A stretch of DNA of 64,000 nt, taken from Balanoglossus misakiensis (Eukaryota; Animalia; Hemichordata). Shown piece by piece: positions 1-13,582 of the stretch. Position 1 is the first letter of the stretch. Each line of letters opens with the position of its first letter. A program made the position numbers and the translations under genes. The stretch is taken from NCBI GenBank assembly GCA_040954595.2, contig CM082580.2, forward strand, positions 14,398,389 through 14,462,388, read 5' to 3'. The notes beneath the pieces were generated by a model that was not told the origin of the DNA, did no database searches, and saw only the letters and a list, made by a program, of their open reading frames with translations.

Positions 1-3000
1 CAGGAAAATCGTCAAAAATCGAAGATTTTTCGAGTTTGCGAATTTTCAAAATTTGCTCATTTTTTGAAAAAATCATGGGTTATAGCTCAGGAAAATCGTT
101 AAAAATCGAAGATTTTTCGAGTTTGCGAATTTTCAAAATTTGCTCATTTTTTGAAAAAATCATGGGTTATAGCTCAGGAAAATCGTCAAAAATCGAAGAT
201 TTTTCGAGTTTGCGAATTTTCAAAATTTGCTCATTTTTTGAAAAAATCATGGGTTATAGCTCAGGAAAATCGTCAAAAATCGAAGATTTTTCGAGTTTGC
301 GAATTTTCAAAATTTGCTCATTTTTTGAAAAAATCATGGGTTATAGCTCAGGAAAATCGTCAAAAATCGAAGATTTTTCGAGTTTGCGAATTTTCAAAAT
401 TTGCTCATTTTTTGAAAAAATCATGGGTTATAGCTCAGGAAAATCGTCAAAAATCGAAGATTTTTCGAGTTTGCGAATTTTCAAAATTTGCTCATTTTTT
501 GAAAAAATCATGGGTTATAGCTCAGGAAAATCGTCAAAAATCGAAGATTTTTCGAGTTTGCGAATTTTCAAAATTTGCTCATTTTTTGAAAAAATCATGG
601 GTTATAGCTCAGGAAAATCGTCAAAAATCGAAGATTTTTCGAGTTTGCGAATTTTTAAAATTTGCTCATTTTTTGAAAAAATCATGGGTTATAGCTCAGG
701 AAAATCTTCAAAAATCGAAGATTTTTCGAGTTTGCGAATTTTCAAAATTTGCTCATTTTTTGAAAAAATCATGGGTTATAGCTCAGGAAAATCGTCAAAA
801 ATCAAAGATTTTTTCGACTTTGCGAATTTTCAAAATTTGCTCATTTTTTGGAAAAATCGTGGGTTATAGCTCAGGAAAATCGCCAAAAATCGAAGATTTT
901 TCGACTTTGCGAATTTTCAAAATTTGCTCATTTTATGAAAAAAATCGTGGGTTATAGCTCAGGAAAATCGTCAAAAATCGAAGATTTTTCGACTTTGCGA
1001 ATTTTCAAAATTTGCTCATTTTTTGAAAAAATCATGGGTTATAGCTCAGGAAAATCGTCAAAAATCGAAGATTTTTCGACTTTGCGAATTTTCAAAATTT
1101 GCTCATTTTTTGAAAAAATCATGGGTTATAGCTCAGGAAAATCGTCAAAAATCGAAGATTTTTCGAGTTTGCGAATTTTCTAAATTTGCTCATTTTTTGA
1201 AAAAATCATGGGTTATAGCTCAGGAAAATCGTCAAAAATCGAAGATTTTTCGACTTTGCGAATTTTCTAAATTTGCTCATTTTTTGAAAAAATCATGGGT
1301 TATAGCTCAGGAAAATCGTCAAAAATCGAAGATTTTTCGAGTTTGCGAATTTTCAAAATTTGCTCATTTTTTGAAAAAATCATGGGTTATAGCTCAGGAA
1401 AATCGTCAAAAATCGAAGATTTTTCGAGTTTGCGAATTTTCAAAATTTGCTCATTTTTTGAAAAAATCATGGGTTATAGCTCAGGAAAATCGTCAAAAAT
1501 CGAAGATTTTTCGAGTTTGCGAATTTTCAAAATTTGCTCATTTTTTGAAAAAATCATGGGTTATAGCTCAGGAAAATCGTCAAAAATCGAAGATTTTTCG
1601 ACTTTGCGAATTTTCAAAATTTGCTCATTTTGTGAAAAAATCATGGGTTATAGCTCAGGAAAATCGTCAAAAATCGAAGATTTTTCGACTTTGCGAATTT
1701 TCAAAATTTGCTCATTTTTTGAAAAAATCATGGGTTATAGCTCAGGAAAATCGTCAAAAATCGAAGATTTTTCGAGTTTGCGAATTTTCTAAATTTGCTC
1801 ATTTTTTGAAAAAATCATGGGTTATAGCTCAGGAAAATCGTCAAAAATCGAAGATTTTTCGACTTTGCGAATTTTCTAAATTTGCTCATTTTTTGAAAAA
1901 ATCATGGGTTATAGCTCAGGAAAATCGTCAAAAATCGAAGATTTTTCGAGTTTGCGAATTTTCAAAATTTGCTCATTTTTTGAAAAAATCATGGGTTATA
2001 GCTCAGGAAAATCGTCAAAAATCGAAGATTTTTCGAGTTTGCGAATTTTCAAAATTTGCTCATTTTTTGAAAAAATCATGGGTTATAGCTCAGGAAAATC
2101 GTCAAAAATCGAAGATTTTTCGAGTTTGCGAATTTTCAAAATTTGCTCATTTTTTGAAAAAATCATGGGTTATAGCTCAGGAAAATCGTCAAAAATCGAA
2201 GATTTTTCGACTTTGCGAATTTTCAAAATTTGCTCATTTTGTGAAAAAATCATGGGTTATAGCTCAGGAAAATCGTCAAAAATCGATGATTTTTCGACTT
2301 TGCGAATTTTCAAAATTTGCTCATTTTTTGAAAAAATCATGGGTTATAGCTCAGGAAAATCGTCAAAAATCGAAGATTTTTCGACTTTGCGAATTTTCAA
2401 AATTTGCTCATTTTTTGAAAAAATCATGGGTTATAGCTCAGGAAAATCGTCAAAAATCGAAGATTTTTCGAGTTTGCGAATTTTCAAAATTTGCTCATTT
2501 TTTGAAAAAATCATGGGTTATAGCTCAGGAAAATCGTCAAAAATCGAAGATTTTTCGACTTTGCGAATTTTCAAAATTTCAAAACTCGAAAAATCTTCGA
2601 TTTTTGACGATTTTCCTGAGCTATAACCCATGATTTTTTCAAAAAATGAGCAAATTTTGAAAATTCGCAAAGTCGAAAAATCTTCGATTTTTGACGATTT
2701 TCCTGAGCTATAACCCATGATTTTTTCAAAAAATGAGCTAATTTTGAAAATTCGCAAAGTCGAAAAATCTTCGATTTTTGACGATTTTCCTGAGCTATAA
2801 CCCATGATTTTTTCAAAAAATGACCAAATTTTGAAAATTCGCAAAGTCGAAAAATCTTCGATTTTTGACGATTTTCCTGAGCTATAACCCATGATTTTTT
2901 CAAAAAATGACCAAATTTTCAAAATTCGCAAACTTGAAAAATCTTCGATTTTTGACGATTTTCCTGAGCTATATAACCCATGATTTTTTCAAAAAATGAC

Positions 3001-6000
3001 CAAATTTTGAAAATTCGCAAACTCGAAAAATCTTCGATTTTTGACGATTTTCCTGAGCTATAAACCATGATTTTTTCAAAAAATGAGCAAATTTTGAAAA
3101 TTCGCAAACTCGAAAAATCTTCGATTTTTGACGATTTTCCTGTGCTATAACCCATGATTTTTTCAAAAAATGAGCAAATTTTCAAAATTCGCAAAGTCGA
3201 AAAATCTTTGATTTTTGACGATTTTCCTGAGCTATAACCCACTATTTTTTCAAAATTTGCTCATTTTTTGGAAAAATCGTGGGTTATAGCTCAGGAAAAT
3301 CGTCAAAAATCGAAGATTTTTCGACTTTGCGAATTTTCAAAATTTGCTCATTTTTTGAAAAAATCATGGGTTATAGCTCAGGAAAATCGTCAAAAATCGA
3401 AGATTATTCGTCTTTGCGAATTTTCAAAATTTGCTCATTTTTTGAAAAAATCATGGGTTATAGCTCAGGAAAATCGTCAAAAATCGAAGATTTTTCGAGT
3501 TTGCGAATTTTCAAAATTTGCTCATTTTTTGAAAAAATCATGGGTTATAGCTCAGGAAAATCGTCAAAAATCGAAGATTTTTCGAGTTTGCGAATTTTCA
3601 AAATTTGCTCATTTTTTGAAAAAATCATGGGTTATAGCTCAGGAAAATCGTCAAAAATCGAAGATTTTTCGAGTTTGCGAATTTTCAAAATTTGCTCATT
3701 TTTTGAAAAAATCATGGGTTATAGCTCAGGAAAATCGTCAAAAATCGAAGATTTTTCGAGTTTGCGAATTTTCAAAATTTGCTCATTTTTTGAAAAAATC
3801 ATGGGTTATAGCTCAGGAAAATCGTCAAAAATCGAAGATTTTTCGAGTTTGCGAATTTTCAAAATTTGCTCATTTTTTGATAAAATCATGGGTTATAGCT
3901 CAGGAAAATCGTCAAAAATCGAAGATTTTTCGAGCTTGCGAATTTTCAAAATTTGCTCATTTTTTGAAAAAATCATGGGTTATAGCTCAGGAAAATCGTC
4001 AAAAATCGAAGATTTTTCGAGCTTGCGAATTTTCAAAATTTGCTCATTTTTTGAAAAAATCATGGGTTATAGCTCAGGAAAATCGTCAAAAATCGAAGAT
4101 TTTTCGAGTTTGCGAATTTTCAAAATTTGCTCATTTTTTGAAAAAATCATGGGTTATAGCTCAGGAAAATCGTCAAAAATCGAAGATTTTTCGAGTTTGC
4201 GAATTTTCAAAATTTGCTCATTTTTTGAAAAAATCATGGGTTATAGCTCAGGAAAATCGTCAAAAATCGAAGATTTTTCGAGTTTGCGAATTTTCAAAAT
4301 TTGCTCATTTTTTGAAAAAATCATGGGTTATAGCTCAGGAAAATCGTCAAAAATCGAAGATTTTTCGACTTTGCGAATTTTCAAAATTTGGTCATTTTTT
4401 GAAAAAATCATGGGTTATAGCTCAGGAAAATCGTCAAAAATCGAAGATTTTTCGAGTTTGCGAATTTTCAAAATTTGCTCATTTTTTGAAAAAATCATGG
4501 GTTATAGCTCAGGAAAATCGTCAAAAATCGAAGATTTTTCGAGTTTGCGAATTTTCAAAATTTGCTCATTTTTTGAAAAAATCATGGGTTATAGCTCAGG
4601 AAAATCGTCAAAAATCGAAGATTTTTCGAGTTTGCGAATTTTCAAAATTTGCTCATTTTTTGAAAAAATCATGGGTTATAGCTCAGGAAAATCGTCAAAA
4701 ATCGAAGATTTTTCGACTTTGCGAATTTTCAAAATTTGGTCATTTTTTGAAAAAATCATGGGTTATAGCTCAGGAAAATCGTCAAAAATCGAAGATTTTT
4801 CGAGTTTGCGAATTTTCAAAATTTGCTCATTTTTTGAAAAAATCATGGGTTATAGCTCAGGAAAATCGTCAAAAATCGAAGATTTTTCGAGTTTGCGAAT
4901 TTTCAAAATTTGCTCATTTTTTGAAAAAATCATGGGTTATAGCTCAGGAAAATCGTCAAAAATCGAAGATTTTTCGAGTTTGCGAATTTTCAAAATTTGC
5001 TCATTTTTTGAAAAAATCATGGGTTATAGCTCAGGAAAATCGTCAAAAATCGAAGATTTTTCGACTTTGCGAATTTTCAAAATTTGCTCATTTTTTGAAA
5101 AAATCATGGGTTATAGCTCAGGAAAATCGTCAAAAATCGAAGATTTTTCGAGTTTGCGAATTTTCAAAATTTGCTCATTTTTTGAAAAAATCATGGGTTA
5201 TAGCTCAGGAAAATCGTCAAAAATCGAAGATTTTTCGAGTTTGCGAATTTTCAAAATTTACTCATTTTTTGAAAAAATCATGGGTTATAGCTCAGGAAAA
5301 TCGTCAAAAATCGAAGATTTGTCGAGTTTGCGAATTTTCAAAATTTGCTCATTTTTTGAAAAAATCATGGGTTATAGCTCAGGAAAATCGTCAAAAATCG
5401 AAGATTTTTCGAGTTTGCGAATTTTCAAAATTTGCTCATTTTTTGAAAAAATCATGGGTTATAGCTCAGGAAAATCGTCAAAAATCGAATATTTTTCGAG
5501 TTTGCGAATTTTCAAAATTTGCTCATTTTTTGAAAAAATCATGGGTTATAGCTCAGGAAAATCGTCAAAAATCGAAGATTTTTCGAGTTTGCGAATTTTC
5601 AAAATTTGCTCATTTTTTGAAAAAATCATGGGTTATAGCTCAGGAAAATCGTCAAAAATCGAAGATTTTTCGAGTTTGCGAATTTTCAAAATTTGCTCAT
5701 TTTTTGAAAAAATCATGGGTTATAGCTCAGGAAAATCGTCAAAAATCGAAGATTTTTCGACTTTGCGAATTTTCAAAATTTGCTCATTTTTTGAAAAAAT
5801 CATGGGTTATAGCTCAGGAAAATCGTCAAAAATCGAAGATTTTTCGACTTTGCGAATTTTCAATATTTGCTCATTTTTTGAAAAAATCATGGGTTATAGC
5901 TCAGGAAAATCGTCAAAAATCGAAGATTTTTCGAGTTTGCGAATTTTCAAAATTTGCTCATTTTTTGAAAAAATCATGGGTTATAGCTCAGGAAAATGGT

Positions 6001-9000
6001 CAAAAATCGAAGATTTTTCGACTTTGCGAATTTTCAAAATTTGCTCATTTTTTGAAAAAATCATGGGTTATAGCTCAGGAAAATCGTCAAAAATCGAAGA
6101 TTTTTCGACTTTGCGAATTTTCAAAATTTGCTCATTTTTTGAAAAAATCATGGGTTATAGCTCAGGAAAATCGTCAAAAATCGAAGATTTTTCGTCTTTG
6201 CGAATTTTCAAAATTTGCTCATTTTTTGAAAAAATCATGGGTTATAGCTCAGGAAAATCGTCAAAAATCGAAGATTTTTCGACTTTGCGAATTTTCAATA
6301 TTTGCTCATTTTTTGAAAAAATCATGGGTTATAGCTCAGGAAAATCGTCAAAAATCGAAGATTTTTCGAGTTTGCGAATTTTCAAAATTTGCTCATTTTT
6401 TGAAAAAATCATGGGTTATAGCTCAGGAAAATCGTCAAAAATCGAAGATTTTTCGACTTTGCGAATTTTCAAAATTTGCTCATTTTTTGAAAAAATCATG
6501 GGTTATAGCTCAGGAAAATCGTCAAAAATCGAAGATTTTTCGACTTTGCGAATTTTCAAAATTTGCTCATTTTTTGAAAAAATCATGGGTTATAGCTCAG
6601 GAAAATCGTCAAAAATCGAAGATTTTTCGTCTTTGCGAATTTTCAAAATTTGCTCATTTTTTGAAAAAATCATGGGTTATAGCTCAGGAAAATCGTCAAA
6701 AATCGAAGATTTTTCGAGTTTGCGAATTTTCAAAATTTGCTCATTTTTTGAAAAAATCATGGGTTATAGCTCAGGAAAATCGTCAAAAATCGAAGATTTT
6801 TCGAGTTTGCGAATTTTCAAAATTTGCTCATTTTTTGAAAAAATCATGGGTTATAGCTCAGGAAAATCGTCAAAAATCGAAGATTTTTCGAGTTTGCGAA
6901 TTTTCAAAATTTGCTCATTTTTTGAAAAAATCATGGGTTATAGCTCAGGAAAATCGTCAAAAATCGAAGATTTTTCGAGTTTGCGAATTTTCAAAATTTG
7001 CTCATTTTTTGAAAAAATCATGGGTTATAGCTCAGGAAAATCGTCAAAAATCGAAGATTTTTCGACTTTGCGAATTTTCAAAATTTGCTCATTTTTTGAA
7101 AAAATCATGGGTTATAGCTCAGGAAAATCGTCAAAAATCGAAGATTTTTCGTCTTTGCGAATTTTCAAAATTTGCTCATTTTTTGAAAAAATCATGGGTT
7201 ATAGCTCAGGAAAATCTTCAAAAATCGAAGATTTTTCGAGTTTGCGAATTTTCAAAATTTGCTCATTTTTTGAAAAAATCATGGGTTATAGCTCAGGAAA
7301 ATCGTCAAAAATCGAAGATTTTTCGAGTTTGCGAATTTTCAAAATTTGCTCATTTTTTGAAAAAATCATGGGTTATAGCTCAGGAAAATCGTCAAAAATC
7401 GAAGATTTTTCGAGTTTGCGAATTTTCAAAATTTGCTCATTTTTTGAAAAAATCATGGGTTATAGCTCAGGAAAATCGTCAAAAATCGAAGATTTTTCGA
7501 CTTTGCGAATTTTCAAAATTTGCTCATTTTTTGAAAAAATCATGGGTTATAGCTCAGGAAAATCGTCAAAAATCGAAGATTTTTCGAGTTTGCGAATTTT
7601 CAAAATTTGCTCATTTTTTGAAAAAATCATGGGTTATAGCTCAGGAAAATCGTCAAAAATCGAAGATTTTTCGAGTTTGCGAATTTTCAAAATTTACTCA
7701 TTTTTTGAAAAAATCATGGGTTATAGCTCAGGAAAATCGTCAAAAATCGAAGATTTGTCGAGTTTGCGAATTTTCAAAATTTGCTCATTTTTTGAAAAAA
7801 TCATGGGTTATAGCTCAGGAAAATCGTCAAAAATCGAAGATTTTTCGAGTTTGCGAATTTTCAAAATTTGCTCATTTTTTGAAAAAATCATGGGTTATAG
7901 CTCAGGAAAATCGTCAAAAATCGAATATTTTTCGAGTTTGCGAATTTTCAAAATTTGCTCATTTTTTGAAAAAATCATGGGTTATAGCTCAGGAAAATCG
8001 TCAAAAATCGAAGATTTTTCGAGTTTGCGAATTTTCAAAATTTGCTCATTTTTTGAAAAAATCATGGGTTATAGCTCAGGAAAATCGTCAAAAATCGAAG
8101 ATTTTTCGAGTTTGCGAATTTTCAAAATTTGCTCATTTTTTGAAAAAATCATGGGTTATAGCTCAGGAAAATCGTCAAAAATCGAAGATTTTTCGACTTT
8201 GCGAATTTTCAAAATTTGCTCATTTTTTGAAAAAATCATGGGTTATAGCTCAGGAAAATCGTCAAAAATCGAAGATTTTTCGACTTTGCGAATTTTCAAT
8301 ATTTGCTCATTTTTTGAAAAAATCATGGGTTATAGCTCAGGAAAATCGTCAAAAATCGAAGATTTTTCGAGTTTGCGAATTTTCAAAATTTGCTCATTTT
8401 TTGAAAAAATCATGGGTTATAGCTCAGGAAAATGGTCAAAAATCGAAGATTTTTCGACTTTGCGAATTTTCAAAATTTGCTCATTTTTTGAAAAAATCAT
8501 GGGTTATAGCTCAGGAAAATCGTCAAAAATCGAAGATTTTTCGACTTTGCGAATTTTCAAAATTTGCTCATTTTTTGAAAAAATCATGGGTTATAGCTCA
8601 GGAAAATCGTCAAAAATCGAAGATTTTTCGTCTTTGCGAATTTTCAAAATTTGCTCATTTTTTGAAAAAATCATGGGTTATAGCTCAGGAAAATCGTCAA
8701 AAATCGAAGATTTTTCGACTTTGCGAATTTTCAATATTTGCTCATTTTTTGAAAAAATCATGGGTTATAGCTCAGGAAAATCGTCAAAAATCGAAGATTT
8801 TTCGAGTTTGCGAATTTTCAAAATTTGCTCATTTTTTGAAAAAATCATGGGTTATAGCTCAGGAAAATCGTCAAAAATCGAAGATTTTTCGACTTTGCGA
8901 ATTTTCAAAATTTGCTCATTTTTTGAAAAAATCATGGGTTATAGCTCAGGAAAATCGTCAAAAATCGAAGATTTTTCGACTTTGCGAATTTTCAAAATTT

Positions 9001-12000
9001 GCTCATTTTTTGAAAAAATCATGGGTTATAGCTCAGGAAAATCGTCAAAAATCGAAGATTTTTCGTCTTTGCGAATTTTCAAAATTTGCTCATTTTTTGA
9101 AAAAATCATGGGTTATAGCTCAGGAAAATCGTCAAAAATCGAAGATTTTTCGAGTTTGCGAATTTTCAAAATTTGCTCATTTTTTGAAAAAATCATGGGT
9201 TATAGCTCAGGAAAATCGTCAAAAATCGAAGATTTTTCGAGTTTGCGAATTTTCAAAATTTGCTCATTTTTTGAAAAAATCATGGGTTATAGCTCAGGAA
9301 AATCGTCAAAAATCGAAGATTTTTCGAGTTTGCGAATTTTCAAAATTTGCTCATTTTTTGAAAAAATCATGGGTTATAGCTCAGGAAAATCGTCAAAAAT
9401 CGAAGATTTTTCGAGTTTGCGAATTTTCAAAATTTGCTCATTTTTTGAAAAAATCATGGGTTATAGCTCAGGAAAATCGTCAAAAATCGAAGATTTTTCG
9501 ACTTTGCGAATTTTCAAAATTTGCTCATTTTTTGAAAAAATCATGGGTTATAGCTCAGGAAAATCGTCAAAAATCGAAGATTTTTCGTCTTTGCGAATTT
9601 TCAAAATTTGCTCATTTTTTTAAAAAATCATGGGTTATAGCTCAGGAAAATCTTCAAAAATCGAAGATTTTTCGACTTTGCGAATTTTCAAAATTTGCTC
9701 ATTTTTTGAAAAAATCATGGGTTATAGCTCAGGAAAATCTTCAAAAATCGAAGATTTTTCGACTTTGCGAATTTTCAAAATTTGCTCATTTTTTGAAAAA
9801 ATCATGGGTTATAGCTCAGGAAAATCGTCAAAAATCGAAGATTTTTCGAGTTTGCGAATTTTCAAAATTTGCTCATTTTTTGAAAAAATCATGGGTTATA
9901 GCTCAGGAAAATCGTCAAAAATCGAAGATTTTTCGTCTTTGCGAATTTTCAAAATTTGCTCATTTTTTGAAAAAATCATGGGTTATAACTCAGGAAAATC
10001 GTCAAAAATCGAAGATTTTTCGAGTTTGCGAATTTTCAAAATTTGCTCATTTTTTGAAAAAATCATGGGTTATAGCTCAGGAAAATCGTCAAAAATCGAA
10101 GATTTTTCGAGTTTGCGAATTTTCAAAATTTGCTCATTTTTTGAAAAAATCATGGGTTATAGCTCAGGAAAATCGTCAAAAATCGAAGATTTTTCGACTT
10201 TGCGAATTTTCAAAATTTGCTCATTTTTTGAAAAAATCATGGGTTATAGCTCAGGAAAATCGTCAAAAATCGAAGATTTTTCAACTTTGCGAATTTTCAA
10301 AATTTGCTCATTTTTTGAAAAAATTATGGGTTATAGCTCAGGAAAATCGTCAAAAATCGAAGATTTTTCGACTTTGCGAATTTTCAAAATTTGCTCATTT
10401 TTTGAAAAAATCATGGGTTATAGCTCAGGAAAATCGTCAAAAATCGAAGATTTTTCGACTTTGCGAATTTTCAAAATTTGCTCATTTTTTGAAAAAATCA
10501 TGGGTTATAGCTCAGGAAAATCGTCAAAAATCGAAGATTTTTCGAGTTTGCGAATTTTCAAAATTTGCTCATTTTTTGAAAAAATCATGGGTTATAGCTC
10601 AGGAAAATCGTCAAAAATCGAAGATTTTTCGAGTTTGCGAATTTTCAAAATTTGCTCATTTTTTGAAAAAATCATGGGTTATAGCTCAGGAAAATCGTCA
10701 AAAATCGAAGATTTTTCGAGTTTGCGAATTTTCAAAATTTGGTCATTTTTTGAAAAAATCATGGGTTATAGCTCAGGAAAATCGTCAAAAATCGAAGATT
10801 TTTCGAGTTTGCGAATTTTCAAAATTTGCTCATTTTTTGAAAAAATCATGGGTTATAGCTCAGGAAAATCGTCAAAAATCGAAGATTTTTCGAGCTTGCG
10901 AATTTTCAAAATTTGCTCATTTTTTGAAAAAATCATGGGTTATAGCTCAGGAAAATCGTCAAAAATCGAAGATTTTTCGAGCTTGCGAATTTTCAAAATT
11001 TGCTCATTTTTTGAAAAAATCATGGGTTATAGCTCAGGAAAATCGTCAAAAATCGAAGATTTTTCGAGCTTGCGAATTTTCAAAATTTGCTCATTTTTTG
11101 AAAAAATCATGGGTTATAGCTCAGGAAAATCGTCAAAAATCGAAGATTTTTCGAGTTTGCGAATTTTCAAAATTTGCTCATTTTTTGAAAAAATCATGGG
11201 TTATAGCTCAGGAAAATCGTCAAAAATCGAATATTTTTCGAGTTTGCGAATTTTCAAAATTTGCTCATTTTTTGAAAAAATCATGGGTTATAGCTCAGGA
11301 AAATCGTCAAAAATCGAATATTTTTCGAGTTTGCGAATTTTCAAAATTTGCTCATTTTTTGAAAAAATCATGGGTTATAGCTCAGAAAATTGGTCAAAAA
11401 TCGAAGATTTTTCGAGTTTGCGAATTTTCAAAATTTGCTCATTTTTTGAAAAAATCATGGGTTATAGCTCAGGAAAATCGTCAAAAATCGAAGATTTTTC
11501 GAGTTTGCGAATTTTCAAAATTTGCTCATTTTTTGAAAAAATCATGGGTTATAGCTCAGGAAAATCGTCAAAAATCGAAGATTTTTCGAGTTTGCGAATT
11601 TTCAAAATAAGTCATTTTTTGAAAAAATCATGGGTTATAGCTCAGGAAAATCGTCAAAAATCGAAGATTTTTCGACTTTGCGAATTTTCAAAATTTGCTC
11701 ATTTTTTGAAAAAAATCATGGGTTATAGCTCAGGAAAATCGTCAAAAATCGAAGATTTTTCGACTTTGGGAATTTTCAAAATTTGCTCATTTTTTGAAAA
11801 AATCATGGGTTATAGCTCAGGAAAATCGTCAAAAATCGAAGATTTTTCGAGTTTGCGAATTTTCAAAATTTGCTCATTTTTTGAAAAAAATCATGGGTTA
11901 TAGCTCAGGAAAATCGTCAAAAATCGAAGATTTTTCGTCTTTGCGAATTTTCAAAATTTGCTCATTTTTTGAAAAAATCATGGGTTATAGCTCAGGAAAA

Positions 12001-12931
12001 TCGTCAAAAATCGAAGATTTTTCGACTTTGCGAATTTTCAAAATTTGGTCATTTTTTGAAAAAATCATGGGTTATAGCTCAGGAAAATCGTCAAAAATCG
12101 AAGATTTTTCGACTTTGCGAATTTTCAAAATTTGCTCATTTTTTGAAAAAAATCATGGGTTATAGCTCAGGAAAATCGTCGAAAATCGAAGATTTTTCGA
12201 GTTTGCGAATTTTCAAAATTTGGTCATTTTTTGAAAAAATCATGGGTTATAGCTCAGGAAAATCGTCAAAAATCGAAGATTTTTCGACTTTGCGAATTTT
12301 CAAAATTTGGTCATTTTTTGAAAAAATCATGGGTTATAGCTCAGGAAAATCGTCAAAAATCGAAGATTTTTCGAGTTTGCGAATTTTCAAAATTTGGTCA
12401 TTTTTTGAAAAAATCATGGGTTATAGCTCAGGAAAATCGTCAAAAATCGAAGATTTTTCAAGTTTGCGAATTTTGAAAATTTGGTCATTTTTTGAAAAAA
12501 TCATGGGTTATAGCTCAGGAAAATCGTCAAAAATCGAAGATTTTTCGACTTTGCGAATTTTCAAAATTTGCTCATTTTTTGAAAAAATCATGGGTTATAG
12601 CTCAGGAAAATCGTCAAAAATCGAAGATTTTTCGAGTTTGCGAATTTTCTAAATTTGGTCATTTTTTGAAAAAATCATGGGTTATAGCTCAGGAAAATCG
12701 TCAAAAATCGAAGATTTTTCGTCTTTGCGAATTTTCAAAATTTGGTCATTTTTTGAAAAATTCATGGGTTATAGCTCAGGAAAATCGTCAAAAATCGAAG
12801 ATTTTTCGACTTTGCGAATTTTCAAAATTTGCTCATTTTTTGAAAAAATCATGGGTTATAGCTCAGGAAAATCGTCAAAAATCGAAGATTTTTCGACTTT
12901 GCGAATTTTCAAAATTTGGTCATTTTTTGAA
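1..12931. repeat. Satellite A: homogeneous 87-bp tandem array, about 148 units in window, continuing off the left edge
   Basis: Unit CAGGAAAATCGTCAAAAATCGAAGATTTTTCGA(G/C)TTTGCGAATTTTCAAAATTTGCTCATTTTTTGAAAAAATCATGGGTTATAGCT repeats with sparse substitutions; period counted directly. Confidence 0.99.
2580..3250 (-). repeat. Inverted block (about 7.5 units) of satellite A inside the + oriented array
   Basis: Reads ...CCTGAGCTATAACCCATGATTTTTTCAAAAAATGAGC..., the reverse complement of unit A; orientation switches at about 2580 and 3250. Confidence 0.97.
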
Positions 12932-12960
12932 ATTTTCCTGAGCTATAACCCATGTTTTGT

Positions 12961-13582
12961 CATGAAAATCGTCCGAAAATGACAATTTTTCGACTTTGCG
13001 AATTTTCAAAATTTCTTCATTTTTTCGAAAAAACCATGGGTTATAGCTCATGAAAATCGTCCGAAAATGACAATTTTTCGACTTTGCGAATTTTCAAAAT
13101 TTCTTCATTTTTTCGAAAAAACCATGGGTTATAGCTCATGAAAATCGTCCGAAAATGACAATTTTTCGACTTTGCGAATTTTCGAAATTTCTTCATTTTT
13201 TCGAAAAAACCATGGGTTATAGCTCATGAAAATCGTCCGAAAATGACAATTTTTCGACTTTGCGAAATCTCGAAATTTCGTCGATTTTTGATAAAAATCA
13301 TGGGTTATAGCTCATGAAAATCATCAAAAAATGACAATTTTTCGACATTGCGAAATCTCGAAATTTCGTCGATTTTTGATAAAAAACCATGGGTTATAGC
13401 TCATGAAAATCGTCCGAAAATGACAATTTTTCGACTTTGCGAAATCTCGAAATTTCTTCATTTTTTCGAAAAAACCATGGGTTATAGCTCATGAAAATCA
13501 TCAAAAAATGACAATTTTTCGACTTTGCGAAATCTCGAAATTTCGTCGATTTTTGATAAAAATCATGGGTTATAGCTCATGA
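12961..13582 (+). repeat. Satellite B: about 88-bp variant of A, about 7 units
   Basis: Unit CATGAAAATCGTCCGAAAATGACAATTTTTCGACTTTGCGAATTTTCAAAATTTCTTCATTTTTTCGAAAAAACCATGGGTTATAGCT (starts 12961, 13049); later units shift to ...GAAATCTCGAAATTTCGTCGATTTTTGAT... Confidence 0.93.

Noticed and set aside
36-12982. Huge ORFs (up to 2,780 aa) of 29-aa repeats in two frames
   Set aside because: Artefact of an 87-bp (3 x 29) unit lacking stops in two frames. Both frames and the inverted block are equally open, and stops and indels occur freely.
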